This document shows positions 15,491 to 56,279 of a DNA stretch of 64,000 bases, piece after piece; within the stretch, counting starts at the first letter, position 1; every line of letters begins with the position of its first letter. The notes beneath the pieces are model-generated. The model did not search any database. It saw only the letters and a program-made list of their open reading frames with translations, and was not told where the DNA came from. The stretch is from the human T2T-CHM13v2.0 reference genome, Homo sapiens, in the NCBI RefSeq assembly GCF_009914755.1, contig NC_060935.1. One strand, 5' to 3'. A program made the position numbers and the translations under genes.

Positions 15491-17381
15491 ACATTCCCTT
15501 TCTCCAAGGTAATAAATTGTTAAGGCCTCAAATACAGAATCAAGAACTTATTATGACAGATGTGTAATGATGTGATGACTTCCAGGCACTAGAGAAGTGT
15601 CCTTTGTCCCAGAAACACTGGTATAGGTGGGACGTTCTAGTAAATAGATTAGGAGTAGGGAAACCAGCCCATTCACTCCTTAGAACCTAGTTATGTTTTT
15701 GATCCAGTTGATTTCATCTACTAGTTCACAAAATAGTTTGAGGCTGAGACATTACGGTGAAGTAATGTAATTGGAAGTGTTAAACCAACTTTTGAAACAA
15801 CTTAATACCTGACATTTGTATATAACATACATTGTCTCACCTAATCCTCACAACAACTCTGAGTTAGACCGGGCTAATTTCCTAACTCCTGGGAAGCAGC
15901 AATTTTTTTTCTTTTTCCCCAATTTGGTTCCTGGAAACGGGGCAAATGGATTTGGCATCTTACAAGTGAGAATATGACAGGGTTTACTGCCATTGTTGGG
16001 TAGTAGTAGAGCCAGAACTGGGACCAGTCTTCTTGAGTTGTGTTCTATCCCATATGGCCTCTGCTTCTGTCCTTTTTCAGGCAGAATATCTCCCCATGCT
16101 TTTAGACCTAGGAATCTGATCTTTTTGTGTAATTGTGCTGTCTTCTTTTCCAAATTAGAGCCAGGTGGTCAGCTTTAAAGCTGTGAAGATGGTGGAAGCT
16201 AATGTTTCTCCAGATACTGCTTTCTGACCTAGAGCCCTGAGTATTTTTCCTATCTCCCTTCCTAACCTTCTTCACTGAATTTAAGTTGCAGGGCCATTTA
16301 TGGCCATCTATACACTTTCTCTTTGCAGCAGGGAATGTCACTGTATCCCCCGTGGTAGCAGTAATTTGGGCTTTTATTAGCAAAGAAGATTATAGGGTGG
16401 ATGCTGCTGGAGTGGTAATTGCACTTCAGACCCTGTTGAAATTCAGTAACTGGAAGAATCTCTTTTTGAGCTCAGAGTCCTCTTGGTGTGGAAGGTTCAT
16501 AGGTCATTGTACATAGTGGATAAGGGCAAGTACTTAAGAAATGGAGATGAAAGGGGAGCACCTTTTTTTTTAAAATAAGGGTGCTTATTCAAGAAAGACC
16601 TTTGAGTGGCCTGTTGGAATGTAGGGTGGGAATATGAGAAAGTGGCAATGGGTTTTGGACTGAAAGGAAGAAGAGTTGATAGGCGATTATGGGAACTTCG
16701 AGCTGGGGTAGGAGGAATTTAGGGAAGGGCAACCACGTTCTTTAAACTTAGGGACTGGATTGATTCAGGAGTTTATTGGACACTTACTTATCAGTTCCTT
16801 TGGGTACTCTTGCTTGCTGACTTCTGCATACACTCTAAGCCAAACAGGCCCGGGCATTTGTGCTTGGTGGGGCTCTGGGGAGCGTGGGAAAGGGAACTGA
16901 AGCAAAAGGCTCAGCCTAGGCTAGTCCCCACATGTCTTCCCCACACAACTTTTGCATTGGTTTCTCAATGTCTTTGTGGGCATGCTGGGACTGGGCTTTG
17001 AGGTTTCTGCCTTAGGGGTGGGAAGGGAGGGGGAAGGGCATTCCAACAGCAGTTTTTTTCTTTTTCCCCAATTTGGTTGCTGGAAACAGGGTAAATGGAT
17101 TTTTATACATATTATAACCTGTTCCTGGTTATATATGGAAATACAAATAGAGGAGCTCTCACTTGACAGTAGAATCCAGGTTTTAATGAAAATGACATCC
17201 AAGGCCTAGGTATCTGAACACAACAAGGTCTAAAGGGCACTTGTCACATTAAGCAATTCCAAGTCATATTTTAAATTACTTCCTTTCATTCCTAATATTG
17301 CCCCTTGCTCTTCTTGTTTTTATGTATTGGGTATATTTTATTTTCCTCTCATTCCCATTTTTCCTTCAAATATTTCTGCAG

Positions 17382-17500
17382 CTCTCTCCTTCCTGCTTCC
17401 TCCTTGCTGTGGTGGCTGGGATGCTTCTTCCATGATTTTTTGAATCTAGACTGGGCTGTTCTCTGTGTTAAACCAATCAGTTGCGACCTTCTCTTAACAG
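17382..17500 (+). other. CTNND1: CTNND1 exon 2 (non-coding, alternatively spliced 5'UTR exon, 119 nt)
   Basis: Pyrimidine tract then ttctgcag| acceptor and AACAG|gtgtgt donor; fits my recollection of the CTNND1 gene structure. Confidence 0.8.
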
Positions 17501-17916
17501 GTGTGTATGGAAATATGTTTATTAAGAAGGAAAAATCTTACTTTTTAAGAAATATGTATTTTTATTCCTTTCATGTCATAGCAGAAAAAAATCTTTTTAA
17601 ATACCTTTTTTCTTTATGGGTTGGTGAGAGGGTGGGAATTGGGGAGAATATTTATTTCAAAACCTGTCTTTCAACATTGTATATTTTGGACTGGCATAAA
17701 GTCTTTCATAGCTATAAGAGAGAAAAAAACCCATTGAGTCCAACAGAGTATCACTAATGCCTGTAAAACCTCCTGTTTATATAATGGTATGGAGAACTCT
17801 TCATTTTTATATAACTATCTTTTATTGTATAGATAGCACACATAGACCCTCTAGATACTTGGATATTTATCCTGAGTTGGAACAAATAAAAGGGTAAAAA
17901 GATAGTCTATTTAAAA

Positions 17917-18134
17917 CAAGAGTGTCCAATCTTTTGGCTTCCCTGGGCTACAGTGGAAGAAGAATTGTGTTGGGCCATACATAATGTACGCTAAGGATAG
18001 CCAATGAGCTAAAAAAGAATTGCAAAAAAAAAAATCTCATAATGTTTCAAGAAAGTTTACAAATTTGTGTTGGGCCGCATTCAAAGCTGTCCTGGGCTGC
18101 ATGCGTCCCGCGGGCCAAGGGTTGGACAAGCTTG
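17917..18134 (+). mobile_element. MER30 (hAT-Charlie non-autonomous DNA transposon)
   Basis: GTGTCCAATCTTTTGGCTTCCCTGGGC...GGGTTGGACAAGCTTG termini. Confidence 0.88.
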
Positions 18135-18437
18135 AGTTAGAGGTTTCTGCAGGATTACAGAGATGTGGGAACTTCCAGCCATTGACGTGTGGAGGTTAGG
18201 ATATGAACTACTGTGAGGTGCACTTTCAGAGGTTGAGGCTAATACTCCTTTTCCTACTTCCCAAGGAGGTGAAGTTTCCTGAAGACAGTGCTTTTTTACA
18301 TGTAGAGTTTTTTGTGGTTCTGTTACTCTGTTGTCTCCATTAGTCAAGGAACACGTTTTGCCATCAATATAATATTTAACAAACTATAGTAGTATAGTTT
18401 GGAAAGTAGAAACGCCCTTTTATGAATGTATTATTAT

Positions 18438-19205
<768 letters not shown>

Positions 19206-19826
19206 TTTTCATTTCTTAATTGGCATTTAGTTTAGCATAGTAATTTTTTTTTTTTAATTTGCTGCCACTTCAGCAGTTTTAGTGTTTAGATGTGGGAGAG
19301 GTTAAGTAAGATCTGTATTGCCCTATTATCTCTAAAAGTGGCTTGTCCCTGCAGGATAGTGAATGCTTGTCTGTACCATTGGAGTTACACATTTCATTGA
19401 GTTGATACCAGCAGATTTTTTTCAGGGAAAAATAATCCAATCTCATAACTACAGCACCTCACCACATTCTCCCTCTCCTAACAGTGTAGAGACTTAGATT
19501 TAATTGCACCTTTCCTTTCAATAGTTATTTCTGGTGGGATGTTGAAGAAAGCTAGTGGGCAAAGGATTCCGCTTGAACAGACACTGGTGATGGGCTCCCA
19601 GGCTTGGCGGTGGCTTGCTTTCTGCACTGCAGTAAAACCACGAGAGGGCATCTTTGGCTCTGGGATTAATAATTCATCTGTCTTCTCTGACCTGTGACCT
19701 TTTCTCTCCTTTCTCTTACCCTTTCCCGGTAGTGTGAAGTGAGGGGGTCTCTCTCCCTCCTTCTCCTTCCTCTGTGATTCACCTTCCTTTTTACCCTGCC
19801 CTGCGGCGGCTCCGCCCCTTACCTTC

Positions 19827-44653
<24,827 letters not shown>

Positions 44654-46770
44654 CACCACTATCTCCGTTCCATCTGGGCTTATATGTACTTTTATTTTTT
44701 GGTGGTGAAATTGACTGATGATTTTCCTTTTTCTTCGCTGGACTATTGTGCCAACTGCCAGGCTGCCTCCTGCCCTTACAGCCCTAAGTGGCTGCCTTCT
44801 TTCCATCAACTCCCAACTTCTTCCTGTGAAGTTTAATTGTCTCAACGCCTCCCCCTCCCCCATTCCCTCCATTTTTCTCCCAAGAAACCTGACTCAATTA
44901 TTTGCATATTTTGAGAAACTGCTGCAGATTAGTTCTTTTTGCCAGTTTTCCCTGGAACTCCTGGCCTTTTGTGGAGGGGAGGGATGGAGAGAATAGGAAT
45001 CTTCACTAGAAGCCGTGGGAAGAATTGGAAGTTACATGCTGTATATGCAATGTCCAGCAGTCTGATAAACTGACGATTCTTAATCAAGATTTTTTTCCTG
45101 ATGGGGAAGGGACTTTTATTTTCTTTTAGAGAGGGGAAAGTGTGAGCTCTTCCCTTATTCCTAATGGCTATTTTTGAAGCAAAGAAGGCCAGCAACATTG
45201 GCACATGCCACCTGGCAAAGGACCCTTGAGTAAGTGAAGGTCTCCTAAAACTGGGATTAAGAAACCTTGCTCTCCTCATCTCCAAGGCAGGGACCATCAA
45301 GAACCTACAGACTCCATCTCTTCTGCAAGCCTCATGCCAACCCTGGGCTATTGCTGCTGCCCCTTAAACACAGGCTGTCCTTAACCCACCTCTCCTGCCC
45401 TGTGATATGTCTGCTGAGTTGGCCTGGCCATTTCCAAGAGGCTGTAGAAAGGGGAGAATGTCAAGGAAGACTTTTGGTAGAGAAGGAGCAGAAAGATGTG
45501 TTTTTGGGAAGAAGAAGACCTCTAGGAGGAGCTAGTAGGAATGTACATGAAGCAATTAGTCTGAAACTGGCTTCCCCACTCCCCCGTTTCTCCTTTTCCT
45601 ATCCTTATAGGCCTGTCCCTTGCCTCTGCCCTGGATTGGTTGGCAAACTAAAGGACTTGATGTACATAACTCCTGTCCCTTTTCCCTTACAAGGTGGGGA
45701 TTGCCCCTGGCTTTGCCTCTTCTTTGTGCCTTTGGCCTGGGGTGCATCTCCTCCCGCCCTTCCATGTGCCTTTCTTTGCCTCTGCAGTCTCATTTCTCAT
45801 AATTTTGCAAATTATATTTTGTTGCTTTCTTACCTACTATTGGCCCTAAATAGCAGAAAGAAGAGAAGTGACCGAGAGAACCTCAGATTCTTCATTGAGG
45901 ATTGGTATAGCCATGATTTCAGTCATAGCAAGCTTTTGCTCAACAGCATATGGGTGGGATTTTGCAAAAATCCTATTCTGATGAATCTCAAAGTAAGGCT
46001 GGTAAGAGAAGTGAGTGGTGTGACTCTTACTCCTTAGGTGCCCAGAATTTACCATCATCTCTGAAGGAGTTACAGGGAAGTGGTCTCCCCAATTCTCCCC
46101 TCCCTCCAGTATTGCCCCCTCTCACTTTAGCATATATTAATTAGCAGGTTGGGCTAGAGAAATCAGCTGCTATGCGGGTTGATTATTATTATTATTTCTA
46201 ATCCTTTTCCTTATTTGCCTTCTACTCCCCTTAATCTAATCTAAAAGCTCTGTTCCATGCAACTGGAGTTCCTTATCCCTCTCTTCCCCTTCCCTTATAT
46301 ATTGAGGCTATGGGGTAGGAGAAAAGTGCACAACCCACCACCCCCTTTACTCGTGCATTAAAATTTCTTATTTACCCTTTTCCCCCTTCCCATTTCTTCC
46401 CACTTTCATCTACCTTTTCTGGCAAAAAGGAGCCTTTTGCTCTCTGTGACCCTAAGAGCACACTGCACAGGGAAAATTGCCCCATCCAGACCTGGCTCCA
46501 CTCTTGATCTCTCTTGTCCTCTTCTGCTCTTTTCCTGGTGCTCTTTTTTCTCGGTGGGGTGTGGGTAATAGAACAGCCGTGGGCTTTTGGGGACCTTTAA
46601 CTTTTTTTTCTCTCTTTTGTTTATAAAAAACACTAAACATTCAATTCCAGAGAACCAAAAATCCCACCTTCCCACCGAACACTACTAAGGGGCTTGTGTT
46701 CTGCTCCATACCTTTTCTCTTTTCTTTCTGTCTTGTTAATGCTTTTAAAAACAAATGAGTTTTTTATATA

Positions 46771-46776
46771 AATAAA
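46771..46776 (+). terminator. Proximal poly(A) signal AATAAA
   Basis: U-rich upstream sequence and GU/U-rich downstream element (gtgtgtatgtgggggtctgtgtcatttctt). Confidence 0.75.
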
Positions 46777-47500
46777 GTTTTTAAAGTGTGTATGTGGGGG
46801 GTCTGTGTCATTTCTTCACTTCAAGCTGTTATTTCTTCCCTGCTTTGCATCTTTGTTACTTCCTTATGTATCAGTGTCCTTTCCAGAGCAACCAGAAGGA
46901 GGTTATACCAGGATTTATTTTGAGCTCAGCCCCAACTCTTTATCAAGCAACATTCTTGTTAACTATATGTGAAACATTTTTTCTTCTGAAGATTCTTAAA
47001 AATTGAATGTGGCTGAAGTTGAACATGGGAGCTTATTGCTAATTTAGAGATAGGAAACTGAAGCATAAAGAATTAATGACTTACTTTAATTACTGGAATT
47101 CTTCTGCAACATTTGACAAAACTAACCTTGAATAAGGCCCACTGTAATACGTAGCTCTCTTAAATATAACACTTAGGACTAGAAGATTAGAAACTACCAA
47201 TCCCAACTACGTAATAGGAAAATGTAGGATCAAAAGGCCCATGTATATAAGTACTGACCACTGGGCCATAATGTTGCTTCTCAGGCTATATGCAGTCCTT
47301 TAGTCAGAAGTCAATAGGCCTATTTATTAATATTTTACAGACCATATTACCTGGATTACCAGGGACTATCTTTGCTGCAGAGATCAAGGGTTAAGATCTA
47401 TGGGAAGATACTTATTTTTCTGAGGTCCTTATGTCCTGTCATATAATTAAAGACTCAAGAGAATTTATGTGAAATGCTTTCTGTATGCCCAAATCTTTAG

Positions 47501-47506
47501 ATTAAA
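47501..47506 (+). terminator. Distal poly(A) signal ATTAAA
   Basis: Upstream TGTA, downstream GU/U-rich gtcctgtcttgttttattg. Confidence 0.6.
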
Positions 47507-47849
47507 ATTATATAGCTGCTCCTGATGATGGTCCTGTCTTGTTTTATTGAACTAGGACTTGGGTATGAAAACTTTCATGGGCTAGTGAGACCAGGAAATC
47601 AACTAGCTTTTAAAGCTTGATTTGTGTCTAACAATTGTAGTGTTAGATTAGAGGTTGAAGTACAAAGCCAAAAAGCTATTAAGAGTTTACTTTCCAAAGA
47701 GTTTTGATAGCCCTGCTTGAGATGATTTTTATCTAAATAGAAAAGCCTGGCTGCTTGTCAGCAACACTTTATTTCCCTGTTATGTTCTTATCCTTTGGCA
47801 TTGAGCTAGATACAAACCCTACTCTTCTCTCTTCCTTCTGGATTGGTCC

Positions 47850-47970
47850 ATTTGTTTATCTCATTCAATAAATATTTGCCAAGCACCTCCTATATGCTAA
47901 GCGTTGTGTCAAGGTTAGGTTTAGATTAGAGAGTGAAACAGATGGATCTTTTCTCATAGATTGCAATCCA
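47850..47970 (-). mobile_element. L2 3' end
   Basis: TCATTCAATAAATATTTGCCAAGCACCTCCTATATGCTAAGC. Confidence 0.6.
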
Positions 47971-47997
47971 TGAGAATCCTCTATAGCTAAGATCTAT

Positions 47998-48041
47998 GAT
48001 CAGACGAGATCGTGTGCGTTCAGGGTGATATGGCCATAGAC
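47998..48041 (-). pseudogene. 5S rRNA 5' fragment (nt 1-44), tailless retrocopy
   Basis: Reverse complement GTCTATGGCCATATCACCCTGAACGCACACGATCTCGTCTGATC versus 5S GTCTACGGCCATACCACCCTGAACGCGCCCGATCTCGTCTGATC (40/44); 13-bp flanking direct repeats. Confidence 0.93.
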
Positions 48042-48193
48042 AAGATCTATGATCTTAAAAACACTTCTCTCTGTGCCATATCTAAATACAATGAGATGTT
48101 ACACAGAATGATGTGTAAAGGCCCTATCTCACAAGTTTCTTGACACTGATGTACTTTGTGACAGAGGTCAAAGCTGGGACCTCACTTGGCCAC

Positions 48194-48492
<299 letters not shown>

Positions 48493-48658
48493 TGAACTAA
48501 TTTTCTTTGCTACAAACTGGAATCACCTCACCCAGGAAGAACTAAGAACCAGTCTTTCCATATCATTTTTTTCTCATTTTGTCTATTTTTATATCTGAAG
48601 CAAAGGTTCTTAATATTTTCATAGATGGAATTGACTAGACCTAGCCCTGTATATCTGA

Positions 48659-49102
<444 letters not shown>

Positions 49103-50181
49103 CATCCAGGTTATTCTGATGTATGTGGTCAGTTAACTGTGACTTAAGGGACTGATCTAGTGACTTGCTTAAGGTTATAGCCTCAAAGTGGAACCCAGGA
49201 TTACTGGCTTCAACTCCACTGGCAGTAATACTAGCATGGTGAATGTAGACAATATGATGTGGTGATCACCATTTTAAGAGAGCATTCATAGAGGAAACTT
49301 TATCTCAAAGGAATGCATTGCTTTCAATAGAGTTTGAGATAATGGTAAGTGATAGGTTGGTGTGTGGTATCTGGGTAGGAGAAGCTTCTCATCCTGAAAA
49401 TCATATGTAGGTAATGCTCAGGTTGCTGAGGCAGGAAGCTAGCCCTTAATTTGGGGTCCTGTAGGTCACAGAGAATCCCCTGGAATTGCCGACTTTGACT
49501 TAAGTGTCACTTCTAGCTACAAAGGGTATCTCAACTGGCGAGCAAGTGGCCCCATTGGCTAAAGCCAAGGAGACCACATCTGGAAACTTAAATCACTCTG
49601 GTAGCTTCCAGAAAGAGCTACCTCAGGAAAGCTCAAAAAAGAAACAAGATAATTGTTAGGAACAATTTTTTTTCACACAGCTTTAAGACTGTTCTGTTGC
49701 CTGTGTCACTTAAAGCATTAGTTCTTCAACTGATCCATCCAGGATTTAGAGACAGACATGGATGAAGAGAAAGCTGGAGGAGGTAAGATAGGTTGATTGG
49801 TCTGCATCATTTTAACCTGACATTTTTCTCCTTTTATGCAGTGTAAAATGACCATGGATAGCTATCCATGAATGGACTAAGAGCTTTACACTTGTTATAA
49901 TTGTAGGAGCTATAAGCATGTGGCAACTAGCTTTAAAATTTTTTTTTACCTGAGAAAAAGTGCTATACTTATCTCCATATACTACTTTATTTTTAAAAAA
50001 AGACAGGTTATTCCACTTTTATTGAGGACACAAAAGTATTACTACCCTGCTGTCTTTTCCCCCAGTATCTCTAGTGCTAATGGACAGTGCCATAAGACAT
50101 TTATGCCTGAGGAAAAAGAAATATGGGATATTTGTGGTGATGTTCCAGTCAATTACCCAATTTTTGTCTTCACCTCAATTC

Positions 50182-50510
<329 letters not shown>

Positions 50511-50589
50511 TAAAGGCAGGCTTAGCTTTGGTCTTACAGTTCACGCGTTGGCAGAATCGGGGCAGGGGGAGTGCGTTGGTGTGCGTATT

Positions 50590-52330
50590 TGAAACTAATT
50601 CAGGGCTCTGTTTTTGGCAGTATGCTGGATTAGATAATTCTGAAAAGTCCTTTCAGCAGAAGCAACCAAGATACTGGGTAAATATATTTATAAAAAATAC
50701 TTTTAAACATATTGCTGAGCAGGCACGAAAGTAAGGAACCTACGGCTCTTCAAAATGAAGCAAAAGCTGGAATCCTAGGAAGTAACTGCCAAAGCCAGCT
50801 TTTCCTCAGAATTTTTGCCAAATTCAGCAGACCATAACCTTCTATTTTAGTGATTACACAAAGTATGGGCAACAGGAAATGAGAAATCTAGTAGGTTCCC
50901 TCATAAAGCTGGACACCCTCAGTGTAAAGGTGAACAAGAAATAAACACTCCATAGAAGGGCGCAGCAAGGAACTCATTTGTCTCAACCTTAGTGGCACAT
51001 GGAAACTATAGAATATTTTCCCTGATGATTTATAACCACAAATGGCCTTCTATGGGCTTTCAGTCCAAACTTAGGCTACCTGTGTGGTCCAAAAAGCTTA
51101 ACTGGGGAATTTAAAGTGGTACTCATTTGTTTATGCTTCCAGGTGATTTTCAGAAGCAAATGCAATTCCTCTAAGGCCTCAGAACAATTCCCATAGATAT
51201 ACTTTCAAGGCAAATGAGTGCTCTTGCCCAAAAATTATAAACTGAACAAAGAAATAAGGCACAATGAGTGAAAAGACAGACACAGAAGCTGATCTTTTAA
51301 ATACTTCAGATGTTGGCATTGTTGCACAGACTATAATGAAATAACGATTAATGAACTTTTTGAATTAGTGGAAAAACCTTTTTGAATTAGAAGTGAAAAA
51401 TACAAATTTGAGGTAAGAAGTCAATGCATGGATTAAATAGATTAGACAAATTGAAGGAGGATTTGTGAATTGGAAGATAAGAAATTATACAGAATGCACT
51501 CCAGATAGAGAATGGAAAATAGGCAAGAGGTTGAGACAACAATGGAATAAGATCTAATAAACATTATTTGGAACATCAGGAGATAGGAGGAGGCAATATT
51601 CAAAGAGAAATTTTTTAGGGTTGGATGAAAGGCACCAAACCTCAGACTTAGGGAGCCCAGTGAATCTCAAGCAAGATAAACCAACTTACCTAGTACATCA
51701 GGGTGAGATGCAGAAAACCAAAGAAAAGATTGTGGGCATCTGGAGAGAAAATACAGACTACCTGTAGAAAACCAGCCAGATGGTGACTTCTGTGTCAACA
51801 ATGAAAGCCAGGAAACAGTGAAATTTATCTTCATCATGTTAAGAGAAAAAGGAACTTATTATGAAAGCTTACCTGAGGTGACACTTTTTAAAAAGCTACT
51901 AAAAACATTTTCCGACAAAAGCAGAGTTTCCACTTACAAAAGGATGTCCTTGAGGTGGAAGGAAAATGATCTCAGATGGAGAATCAGATGCAAGAAGGAA
52001 CACTGAACGAAATTGCTAAAGCCTTCACTGTAAGAGGAGTGTGTAATTTATGGGAGAGAAATACAGACTAGAATTAAAATGCTGGACAACAATAGCATGT
52101 AAAGTTGAGGGAGCAATTACAACACTAATTTTCGGGTTCTTCAGGAGGAAAGTAAAGATACTGATAAGACTTGAAAAACTAAATAGATTGGTACAGAAGT
52201 AATTGCATTGAAATGGCAAAAACTGCAATGACTTTTGCACCAACCTAATACATATTAGCTGGAATAACCACTAAAGAATGAATATAGGACATATAACTTC
52301 CAAACAAGTAGAGAGGGAAGAAAGCAAAAG
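50590..52330 (+). mobile_element. Ancient LINE-1 (L1M/L1ME-like) 5'UTR-ORF1 remnant
   Basis: A-rich strand with degenerate ORF1-like motifs (GAATTGGAAGATAAGAAATTATACAGAATG, CAACAATGAAAGCCAGG); no intact ORF. Confidence 0.55.
52183..52248. mobile_element. MADE1 (Hsmar1-derived MITE), internally deleted
   Basis: TAGATTGGTACAGAAGTAATTGC...GCAATGACTTTTGCACCAACCTAA inverted termini. Confidence 0.85.
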
Positions 52331-52640
52331 GAGTATGGGCAAGGTTAGTACTGGTGCTGCATCTGATGGAACAAGCTGAGCCTGCAGGGCAGTGGTGGTA
52401 GGTAGTGGTGAAGCCCCCACCTTTATATCACAGCACTGGGTATAGCGTGTGGCAAGTTAAGTAGATGTGTGCAGCAAAGAGCAGAGTGAAGAACAAGAAT
52501 AGGGACAAAGGGAATAGCTCCAAGACAATTTCTATAAAAGCAAAGTTAAAAATTGGCTGGTAAGTGAGTTGGTCAGCCTGGCTTAAAGACACAGTCAGTA
52601 CAAATGCTTTCATATTTTGCTGATGAAATTGCAAAGTCTT

Positions 52641-53085
<445 letters not shown>

Positions 53086-53244
53086 TCAAGCTCATCTCTG
53101 GGTCATCATTTCCTGGGCACTAAGAAGGGCTTACTCAGGGGCATTGATTCAATTTTGAATTGGTAGTGCATTACAATGTCACACATTTGCAACAGACATT
53201 TCTCTGTCCCTTATGGTGCACTTAAAGCATATCTATACTAGTGA

Positions 53245-53651
<407 letters not shown>

Positions 53652-53719
53652 TAGTGACTCTGAAATCTAGCTCAGATTTTTGAGATGATTTAGAATGATC
53701 ATTTATATTAAACTACTCA

Positions 53720-53920
53720 GCACAAAATTCAGGCTCTGGAACCAAATTGTCTGAGTTCAAGTCCTTGCTGTGCTACTTTAGCTGTGTGACCTTGAGCAAA
53801 TTTCTAAAGCATTTGGTACCCTTCATCATGGGAAGAATAATATCTACATATTATGAAGATGTAATGAGATAATGAATGTAATTGGACTTAAAACAGTACC
53901 TGGCACATAGTGTATTATTA
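53720..53920 (+). mobile_element. MIR SINE
   Basis: GGCTCTGGAACC..GAGTTCAAGTCC..GCTGTGTGACCTTGAGCAA..CAGTACCTGGCACATAG. Confidence 0.7.
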
Positions 53921-54844
53921 CTATTGTATTTGTCACCAGGTGCTTTTACATATATATGCATATAATTAGCTATGCGATTGCTCAGTTATTATGTCCAACT
54001 ACTTCAGGGATGATTTCAAGGGGAACTCAAAATGACAAGCAAGTGGTATACATGTCCACACCCTAGATTAGGAAAAGATAGCCTTAGTCTTTTGGTGGGT
54101 ACTTAGACCTCTTTTGTCCAGGCTCTGTTGTAGGTGCTTAAGTGTTAGGACCTTTAGGAATGATTCTTGCAAAAGTGAATGTTAAAGGCTTAGAGATTAC
54201 TATGGCACGCCCACATGGAAGCATCTGTTTATTCTGGTAGTGCTTGTGACAACACATAGACTTCTCAGAACCAAGATGAGAAAAGACATCCTCACAAGAT
54301 ATCAAGGTTTTTCTGTGTGTCTGAAACCTCAAGAGATAAAGGAGTAATCTTTGGGCATGAGAACCCATGAGAGATATGAAGGGATTTAATTGAATGAAAG
54401 AATGAATAAAAAGCTACATACATTTATTAAGTATTTTGTTGTATGTTAGGCCCTATACTGGTGATAGACAGACATGTAGTGAGCACATGTCCTTAAGGAA
54501 CATTTGGTAAATTACTCCAAGGGCAAAGGGTTTCAAGCAGTGAAGTCCTTAGATCACTAGCTATAGAGAAGAGTATGGAGAAGAAAAGACTGGATGATCA
54601 GAGGAAGCTGCAAGATTCTAGGCAAGGGATAATGGTGGCTTAGACTAGGTCATATAGTATAGAAAGAAAAGAATATTTCCAGTTCAGTAATGTTAACAGG
54701 TAATATTTAGCGCTGTATGAAACTTTCTAAGTACTTTGAATATATTGACATTTAATCACACGAACCCTATACGTAGGGGAATGACATGAACATATATAAT
54801 AGTAGCAAATATTTTGGGGCTAACCTTCGTGCTAGGCTTCACAT

Positions 54845-55112
54845 GCTCTGTCACCCAGGCTGGAGTGCAGAGACTGTGATCTTGGCTCACAGCAACTTCC
54901 ACCTCCCAGATTCAAACAGTTCCTGCCTCAGCCTCCCAAGTAGCTGGGATTACAGGCATGTACCACCACATCTGCTTAATTTTTCTATTTTTAGTAGAAA
55001 TGGGGTTTTACCATGTTGGCCAGGCTGGTCTTGAACTCCTGACTTCAGGTGATCTGCCTCCCTCGGCCTCCCAAAGTGCTGGGATTACAGGCATTAGCCA
55101 CCACACCCAGCC
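54845..55112 (-). mobile_element. AluS lacking tail
   Basis: Antisense Alu dimer with the 3' end missing. Confidence 0.85.
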
Positions 55113-55367
55113 ATATATGCATTATTCTTGTTTAATATTTTCCACAACTCTGTGATTCTCCCCATCTTATAGCAGTTAAGTAACTTGCCTTAGGTTACAC
55201 TCAGTGACAAAGGTTAAACATTTTTTTGTTTTTGATCAGATTTGTTTGATTAGAAATGCTGTGGGTTTTTCTTTTACTACTAACATAAATTGCTTCAGAA
55301 GGTAGAATTGGTAGAACATAGGGTGAGGAGAAGAGTTGAGAAGAACATAGGGTGAGGAGAAGAGTTG

Positions 55368-55610
<243 letters not shown>

Positions 55611-55942
55611 TCAGCCACTGATTGAGACAGGAAACAGTGGCAAGTAGAAGGATATGTTGGAAGAGAAAAATTTAGTTACAAGTAAAGTTCGAAGTGATTG
55701 AGGAACACTGAAGTGGAAGTATCCAATAGGCAGCTGGATATGTGACACTAGGGCTCAAAAGAGGCCTGGATTCTGAATACAGATTTGACGGTCTACTTTA
55801 AGCAATGTACTTTAAGCTATAAGAGTATATGAGATGGCCCAGGGAGTGTAAGTATGAGAAGAGTGGAGAGTTTAGATCTGAACCCTGTTGGTACATAAAT
55901 ATTTAAGAAGGGAAAGGAGACCCTGAAAGACTAGGGAAGTAG

Positions 55943-56279
<337 letters not shown>

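Larger units (their letters stand above)
44654..47525 (+). other. CTNND1: CTNND1 3'UTR (end approximate, alternative polyadenylation)
   Basis: ~2.9 kb with no recognisable interspersed repeat after the stop codon; poly(A) signals at 46771 and 47501. Confidence 0.8.

Noticed and set aside
45267-46037. 256-aa ORF on the + strand
   Set aside because: Lies in the CTNND1 3'UTR, starts at TTG, has low-complexity L/P/C/S composition and no recognisable domain; consistent with a chance ORF.
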